Origin: Eledone cirrhosa
Taxonomy: Eukaryota
Reading direction: 5' to 3'
Length of the DNA stretch: 64,000 bases
Assembly: GCA_964016885.1 (NCBI GenBank)
Contig: OZ024741.1
Span: forward strand, 24,428,001 to 24,492,000
Under the pieces are notes generated by a model. The model worked only from the letters and a program-made list of their open reading frames with translations. It had not been told where the DNA came from and did not search any database. Made by a program: the position numbers and the translations under genes. Shown here in pieces: positions 55,801-64,000 of the stretch (its first letter is position 1; the number at the start of each line of letters is the position of its first letter).

Positions 55801-56789
55801 CTAATCCAGTACATATATAGTAAAAGACTGTGCTTCAGCTGTCACCTAACTCTAATCCAGTACATATATAGTAAAAGACCGTGCTTCAGCTGTCACCTAA
55901 CCTTAATCCAGTACATATATAGTAAAAGACCGTGCTTCAGCTGTCACCTAACCTTAATCCAGTACATATATAGGAAAAGACTGTGCTTCAGCTGTCACCT
56001 AACTCTAATCCAGTACATATATAGTAAAAGACCGTGCTTCAGCTGTCACCTAACCTTAATCCAGTACATATATAGTAAAAGACCATGCTTCAGCTGTCAC
56101 CTAACCTTAATCCAGTACATATATAGTAAAAGACCGTGCTTCAGCTGTCACCTAACCTTAATCCAGTACATATATAGTAAAAGACTGTGCTTCAGCTGTC
56201 ACCTAACCCTAATCCAATACATATATAGTAAAAGACTGTGCTTCAGCTGTCACCTAACCCCAATCCAGTACATATATAGTAAAAGACTGTGCTTCAGCTG
56301 TCACCTAACTCTAATCCAGTACATATATAGTAAAAGACTGTGCTTCAGCTGTCACATAACTCTAATCCAGTACATATATAGTAAAAGACCGTGCCTCAGC
56401 CATGACCTAACCCTAATCCAGTACATATATAGTAAAAGACTGTGCTTCAGCCATGACCTAACCCTAATCCAGTACATATATAGTAAAAGACTGTGCTTCA
56501 GCTGTGACCTAACCCTAATCCAGTACATATATAGTAAAAGACTGTGCTTCAGCCATGACCTAACTCTAATCCAGTACATATATAGTAAAAGACTGTGCTT
56601 CAGCTGTCACCTAACCCTAATCCAGTACATATATAGTAAAAGACTGTGCTTCAGCTGTGACCTAACCCTAATCCAGTACATATATAGTAAAAGACTATTC
56701 TTCAGCTGTCACCTAACTCTAATCCAGTATATATATAGTAAAAGACTGTGCTTCAGCTGTGACCTAACCCTAATCCAGTACATATATAG

Positions 56790-57740
56790 TAAAAGACTGT
56801 GCTTCAGCTGTCACCTAACCCTAATCCAGTACATATATAGTAAAAGAGTCTGCTTCAGCTTTCACCTAACCCTTATCCAGTACATATATAGTAAAAGACT
56901 GTGCTTCATCCCTGACCTAACCCTAATCCAGTACATATATAGTAAAAGACCATGTTTCAGCTGTGACCTAACCCTAATCCAGTACATATATAGTAAAAGA
57001 CTGTGCTTAAGCCATGACCTAACCCTAATCCAGTAAATATATAGTAAAAGACTGTGCTTCAGCCATGACCTAACCCTAATCCAGTACATATATAGTAAAA
57101 GACCGTGCTTCAGACATGACCTAACCCTAATCCAGTACATATATAGTAAAAACTGTGCTTCAGCTGTCACCTAACACTAATCCAGTACATATATAGTAAA
57201 AGACTGTGTTTCAGCTGTCACCTAACCCTAATCCAGTACATATATAGTAAAAGACTGTGTTTCAGCTGTCACCTAACCCTAATCCAGTACATATATAGTA
57301 AAAGACTGTGCTTCAGCTGTCACCTAACCCTAATCCAGTACATATATAGTAAAAGAGTCTGCTTCAGCTTTCACCTAATCCTTATCCAGTACATATATAG
57401 TAAAAGACTGTGCTTCATCCCTGACCTAACCCTAATCCAGTACATATATAGTAAAAGACCATGTTTCAGCTGTGACCTAACCCTAATCCAGTACATATAT
57501 AGTAAAAGACTGTGCTTAAGCCATGACCTAACCCTAATCCAGTAAATATATAGTAAAATACTGTGCTTCAGCCATGACCTAACCCTAATCCAGTACATAT
57601 ATAGTAAAAGACCGTGCTTCAGACATGACCTAACCCTAATCCAGTACATATATAGTAAAAACTGTGCTTCAGCTGTCACCTAACACTAATCCAGTACATA
57701 TATAGTAAAAGACTGTGTTTCAGCTGTCACCTAACCCTAA
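56790..57740 (+). repeat. Local tandem duplication of a 10-monomer (509 bp) unit
   Basis: ORF pair 56862/57371 (509 = 10x51-1). Variants GCTTAAGCC and GACCATGTTTC appear in both copies and were not noticed elsewhere. Confidence 0.88.
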
Positions 57741-60700
57741 TCCAGTACATATATAGTAAAAGACCGTGCTTCAGCCATGACCTAACCCTAATCCAGTACA
57801 TATATAGTAAAAGACCGTGCTTCAGCCATGACGTAACTTTAATCCAATCCATATATAGTAAAACACTGTGCCTCAGCTGTGACCTAACCCTAATGCAGTA
57901 CATATATAGTAAAAGACCGTGCTTCAGCCATGACCTAACCCTAATCCAGTACATATATAGTAAAAGACTGTGCTTCAGCTGTCACCTAACCCTAATCAAG
58001 TACATATATAGTAAAAGACCGTGCCTCAGCTGTCACCTAACCCTAATCCAGTACATATATAGTAAAAGACTGTGCTTCAGCTGTCACCTAAACCTAATCC
58101 AGTACATATATAGTAAAAGGCTGTGCTTCAGCTGTCACCTAACCCTAATCCAGTACATATATAGTAAAAGACTGTGCTTCAGCCATGACCTAACCCTAAT
58201 CCAGTACATATATAGTAAAAGACTGTGCTTCAGCTGTCACCTAACCCTAATCCAGTACATATATAGTAAAAGACCGTGCCTCAGCTGTCACCTAACCCTA
58301 ATCCAGTACATATATAGTAAAAGACTGTGCTTCAGCCATGACCTAACCCTAATCCAGTACATATATAGTAAAAGACTGTGCTTCAGCTGTCACCTAACCC
58401 TAATCCAGTACATATATAGTAAAAGACTGTGCCTCAGCTGTCACCTAACCCTAATCCAGTACATATATAGTAAAAGACTGTGCTTCAGCCATGACGTAAC
58501 CCTAATCCAGTACATATATAGTAAAAGACTGTGCTTCAGCTGTCACCTAACCCTAATCCAGTACATATATAGTAAAGGACTGTGCTTCAGCTGTCACCTA
58601 ACCCTAATCCATTACATATATAGTAAAAGACTGTGCCTCAGCTGTCACCTAACCCTAATCCAGTACATATATAGTAAAAGACTGTGCTTCAGCTGTCACC
58701 TAACCCTAATCCAGTACATATATAGTAAAAGACTGTGCTTCAGCTGTCACCTAACCCTAATCCAATACATATATAGTAAAAGACTCTGCTTCAGCCATGA
58801 CCTAACCCTAATCCAGTACATATATAGTAAAAGACTGTGCCTCAGCTGTCACCTAACCCTAATCCAGTACATATATAGTAAAAGGCTGTGCTTCAGCTGT
58901 CACCTAACCCCAATCCAGTACATATATAGTAAAAGACTGTGCTTCAGCTGACTCCTAACCCTAATCCAGTACATATATAGTAAAGGACTGTGCTTCAGCT
59001 GACTCCTAACCCTAATCCAGTACATATATAGTAAAAGACTGTGCTTCAGCTGTCACCTAACCCTAATCCAGTACATATATAGTAAAAGACTGTGCTTCAG
59101 CTGTCACCTAACCCTAATCCAGTACATATATAGTAAAAGACTGTGTTTCAGCTGTCACCTAACCCTAATCCAGTACATATATAGTAAAAGACTGTGCTTC
59201 AGCTGTCACCTAACCCTAATCCAGTACATATATAGTAAAAGACTGTGCTTCAGCTGACTCCTAACCCTAATCCAGTACATATATAGTAAAAGACTGTGCT
59301 TCAGCTGTCACCTAACTCTAATCCAGTACATATATAGTAAAAGACTGTGCCTCAGCTGTCACCTAACCCTAATCCAGTACATATATAGTAAAAGACTGTG
59401 CTTCAGCTGTCACCTAACCCTAATCCAGTACATATATAGTAAAAGACTGTGTTTCAGCTGTCACGTAACCCTAATCCAGTACATATATAGTAAAAGACTG
59501 TGCTTCAGCTGTCACCTAACCCTAATCCAGTACATATATAGTAAAAGACTGTGTTTCAGCTGTCACCTAACCCTAATCCAGTACATATATAGTAAAAGAC
59601 TGTGCTTCAGCTGTCACCTAACCCTAATCCAGTACATATATAGTAAAAGACTGTGTTTCAGCTGTCACCTAACCCTAATCCAGTACATATATAGTAAAAG
59701 ACTGTGTTTCAGCTGTCACCTAACCCTAATCCAGTACATATATAGTAAAAGACTGTGCTTCATCTGTCACCTAACCCTAATCCAGTACATATATAGTAAA
59801 AGACTGTGTTTCAGCTGTCACCTAACCCTAATCCAGTACATATATAGTAAAAGACTGTGCTTCAGCTGTCACCTAACCCTAATCAAGTACATATATAGTA
59901 TAAGACCGCGCCTCAGCTGTCACCTAACCCTAATCCAGTACATATATAGTAAAAGACTGTGCTTCAGCTGTCACCTAACCCTAATCCAGTACATATATAG
60001 TAAAAGACTGTGCTTCAGCTGTCACCTAACCCTAATCCAGTACATATATAGTAAAAGACTGTGCTTCAGCCATGACCTAACCCTAATCCAGTACATATAT
60101 AGTAAAAGACTGTGCTTCAGCTGTCACCTAACCCTAATCCAGTACATATATAGTAAAAGACCGTGCCTCAGCTGTCACCTAACCCTAATCCAGTACATAT
60201 ATAGTAAAAGACTGTGCTTCAGCCATGACCTAACCCTAATCCAGTACATATATAGTAAAAGACTGTGCTTCAGCTGTCACCTAACCCTAATCCAGTACAT
60301 ATATAGTAAAAGACTGTGCTTCAGCTGTCACCTAACCCTAATCCAGTACATATATAGTAAAAGACCGTGCCTCAGCTGTCACCTAACCCTAATTCAGTAC
60401 ATATATAGTAAAAGACTGTGCTTCAGCCATGACCTAACCCTAATCCAGTACATATATAGTAAAAGACTGTGCTTCAGCTGACTCCTAACCCTAATCCAGT
60501 ACATATATAGTAAAAGACTGTGCTTCAGCTGCCACCTAAACCTAATCCAGTACATATATAGTAAAAGACTGTGCTCCAGCTGTCACATAACTCTAATCCA
60601 GTACATATATAGTAAAAGACCGTGCCTCAGCCATGACCTAACCCTAATCCAGTACATATATAGTAAAAGACTGTGCTTCAGCCATGACCTAACCCTAATC

Positions 60701-63700
60701 CAGTACATATATAGTAAAAGACTGTGCTTCAGCTGTGACCTAACCCTAATCCAGTACATATATAGTAAAAGACTGTGCTTCAGCCATGACCTAACTCTAA
60801 TCCAGTACATATATAGTAAAAGACTGTGCTTCAGCTGTCACCTAACCCTAATCCAGTACATATATAGTAAAAGACTGTGCTTCAGCTGTGACCTAACCCT
60901 AATCCAGTACATATATAGTAAAAGACTATGCTTCAGCTGTCACCTAACTCTAATCCAGTATATATATAGTAAAAGACTGTGCTTCAGCTGTGACCTAACC
61001 CTAATCCAGTACATATATAGTAAAAGACCGTGTTTCAGCTGTGACCTAACCCTAATCCAGTACATATATAGTAAAAGACTGTGCTTCAGACATGACCTAA
61101 CCCTAATCCAGTACATATATAGTAAAAACTGTGCTTCAGCCGTCACCTAACCCAAATCCAGTACATATATAGTAAAAGACTGTGCTTCAGCCATGACCTA
61201 ACCCTAATCCAGTACATATATAGTAAAAGACCGTGCTTCAGACATGACCTAACCCTAATCCAGTACATATATAGTAAAAACTGTGCTTCAGCTGTCACCT
61301 AACCCTAATCCAGTACATATATAGTAAAAGACTGTGTTTCAGCTGTCACCTAACACTAATCCAGTACATATATAGTAAAAGACCGTGCTTCAGCTGTCAC
61401 CTAACCTTAATCCAGTACATATATAGTAAAAGACCATGCTTCAGCTGTCACCTAACCTTAATCCAGTACATATATAGTAAAAGACCGTGCTTCAGCTGTC
61501 ACCTAACCTTAATCCAGTACATATATAGTAAAAGACTGTGCTTCAGCTGTCACCTAACCCTAATCCAGTACATATATAGTAAAAGACTGTGCTTCAGCTG
61601 TCACCTAACCCCAATCCAGTACATATATAGTAAAAGACTGTGCTTCAGCTGTCACCTAACTCTAATCCAGTACATATATAGTAAAAGACTGTGCTTCAGC
61701 TGTCACCTAACTCTAATCCAGTACATATATAGTAAAAGACCGTGCCTCAGCCATGACCTAACCCTAATCCAGTACATATATAGTAAAAGACTGTGCTGCA
61801 GCCATGACCTAACCCTAATCCAGTACATATATAGTAAAAGACTGTGCTTCAGCTGTGACCTAACCCTAATCCAGTACATATATAGTAAAAGACTGTGCTT
61901 CAGCCATGACCTAACTCTAATCCAGTACATATATAGTAAAAGACTGTGCTTCAGCTGTCACCTAACCCTAATCCAGTACATATATAGTAAAAGACTGTGC
62001 TTCAGCTGTGACCTAACCCTAATCCAGTACATATATAGTAAAAGACTATGCTTCAGCTGTCACCTAACCCTAATCCAGTACATATATAGTAAAAGACTGT
62101 GCTTCAGCTGTGACCTAACCCTAATCCAGTACATATATAGTAAAAGACTATGCTTCAGCTGTCACCTAACTCTAATCCAGTATATATATAGTAAAAGACT
62201 GTGCTTCAGCTGTGACCTAACCCTAATCCAGTACATATATAGTAAAATACTGTGCTTCAGCTGTCACCTAACCCTAATCCAGTACATATATAGTAAAAGA
62301 GTCTGCTTCAGCTTTCACCTAACCCTTATCCAGTACATATATAGTAAAAGACCGTGCTTCATTCCCGACCTAACCCTAATCCAGTACATATATAGTAAAA
62401 GACCGTGTTTCAGCTGTGACCTAACCCTAATCCAGTACATATATAGTAAAAGACTGTGCTTCAGCCATGACCTAACCCAAATCCAGTACATATATAGTAA
62501 AAGACTGTGCTTCAGCCATGACCTGACCCTAATCCAGTACATATATAGTAAAAGACTGTGTTTCAGCTGTCACCTAACCCTAATCCAGTACATATATAGT
62601 AAAAGACTGTGTTTCAGCTGTCACCTAACCCTAATCCAGTACATATATAGTAAAAGACCGTGCTTCAGCCATGACCTAACCCTAATCCAGTACATATATA
62701 GTAAAAGACCGTGCTTCAGCCATGACGTAACTTTAATCCAATCCATATATAGTAAAAGACTGTGCCTCAGCTGTGACCTAACCCTAATCCAGTACATATA
62801 TAGTAAAAGACCGTGCTTCAGCCATGACCTAACCCTAATCCAGTACATATATAGTAAAAGACTGTGCTTCAGCTGTCACCTAACTCTAATCCAGTACATA
62901 TATAGTAAAAGACCGTGCCTCAGCTGTCACCTAACCCTAATCCAGTACATATATAGTAAAAGACTGTGCTTCAGCTGTCACCTAACCCTAATCCAGTACA
63001 TATATAGTAAAAGACTGTGCTTCAGCTGTCACCTAACCCTAATCCAGTACATATATAGTAAAAGGCTGTACTTCAGCCATGACCTAACCCTAATCCAGTA
63101 CATATATAGTAAAAGACTGTGCTTCAGCTGTCACCTAACCCTAATCCAGTACATATATAGTAAAAGACTGTGCTTCAGCCATGACCTAACCCTAATCCAG
63201 TACATATATAGTAAAAGACTGTGCTTCAGCTGTCACCTAACCCTAATCCAGTACATATATAGTAAAAGACTGTGCCTCAGCTGTCACCTAAACCTAATCC
63301 AGTACATATATAGTAAAAGACTGTGCCTCAGCTGTCACCTAACCCTAATCCAGTACATATATAGTAAAAGACTGTGCTTCAGCTGTCACCTAACCCTAAT
63401 CCAGTACATATATAGTAAAAGACTGTGCTTCAGCTGTCACCTAACCCTAATCCAGTACATATATAGTAAAAAGACCGTGCTCAGCTGTCACCTAACCCTA
63501 ATCCAGTACATATATAGTAAAAGACTGTGCTTCAGCCATGACCTAACCCTAATCCAGTACATATATAGTAAAAGACTGTGCTTCAGCTGTCACCTAACCC
63601 TAATCCAGTACATATATAGTAAAAGACTGTGCCTCAGCTGTCACCTAACCCTAATCCAGTACATATATAGTAAAAGACTGTGCCTCAGCTGTCACCTAAC

Positions 63701-64000
63701 TCTAATCCAGTACATATATAGTAAAAGACTGTGCTTCAGCTGTCACCTAACCCTAATCCAGTACATATATAGTAAAAGACTCTGCTTCAGCTGTCACCTA
63801 ACCCTAATCCAGTACATATATAGTAAAAGACTCTGCTTCAGCCATGACCTAACCCTAATCAAGTACATATATAGTAAAAGACTGTGCCTCAGCTGTCACC
63901 TAACCCTAATCCAGTACATATATAGTAAAAGACTGTGCTTCAGCCATGACGTAACCCTAATCCAGTACATATATAGTAAAAGACTGTGCTTCAGCTGACT

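Larger units (their letters stand above)
1..64000 (+). repeat. 51-bp tandem satellite array (~1,255 head-to-tail monomers) with an embedded telomere-like motif; runs off both window ends
   Basis: Consensus CAGCTGTCACCTAACCCTAATCCAGTACATATATAGTAAAAGACTGTGCTT (A17 C13 G7 T14) recurs every 51 bp. The CCTAA register is at 6, 57, ... and at 63950; 63950-6 = 1254x51-10. No non-repeat sequence or inverted segment was seen. Confidence 0.99.

Noticed and set aside
7398-62848. Many 68-102 aa minus-strand ORFs (MYWIRVRS...)
   Set aside because: They appear wherever several consecutive monomers lack the TGTCA allele, which supplies TGA on the minus strand. They are useful only as HOR markers.
1-64000. 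CRISPR-like array (constant repeat plus variable slot)
   Set aside because: The variable part is only about 5 bp with a few recurring alleles. There are no unique spacers, leader or cas genes.
1-64000. Canonical telomerase-synthesised telomere tract
   Set aside because: There are fewer than two TTAGGG units per 51 bp. Variants are inherited in multi-kb blocks, which indicates recombinational copying rather than templated addition.

Overview
The whole 64-kb window is one uninterrupted, head-to-tail tandem array of a 51-bp satellite (about 1,255 monomers, about 39% GC, all in one orientation). I saw no unique DNA, genes, RNA genes, transposon insertions or CRISPR spacers. The consensus monomer is CAGCTGTCACCTAACCCTAATCCAGTACATATATAGTAAAAGACTGTGCTT. 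Each canonical monomer carries CCTAACCCTAA, which reads TTAGGGTTAGG on the minus strand, a fragment of TTAGGG-type telomeric repeat. This suggests a eukaryotic subtelomeric, interstitial-telomeric or (peri)centromeric satellite; I cannot name the family or species. Rare variant monomers read by eye reveal nested higher-order repeats (10-, 19-, 22- and 53-59-mers) and 2-6 kb near-identical blocks at offsets of 5,150, 6,119, 7,904, 13,819, 23,969 and 27,685 bp. Monomer length is almost invariant: the net drift is -10 bp over the window, and all ten net deletions sit in one marked monomer lineage. The main polymorphic sites fit methyl-CpG deamination. All ORFs in the track are artefacts of the 51-bp (17-codon) period. 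Block boundaries are by-eye estimates, good to about one monomer.
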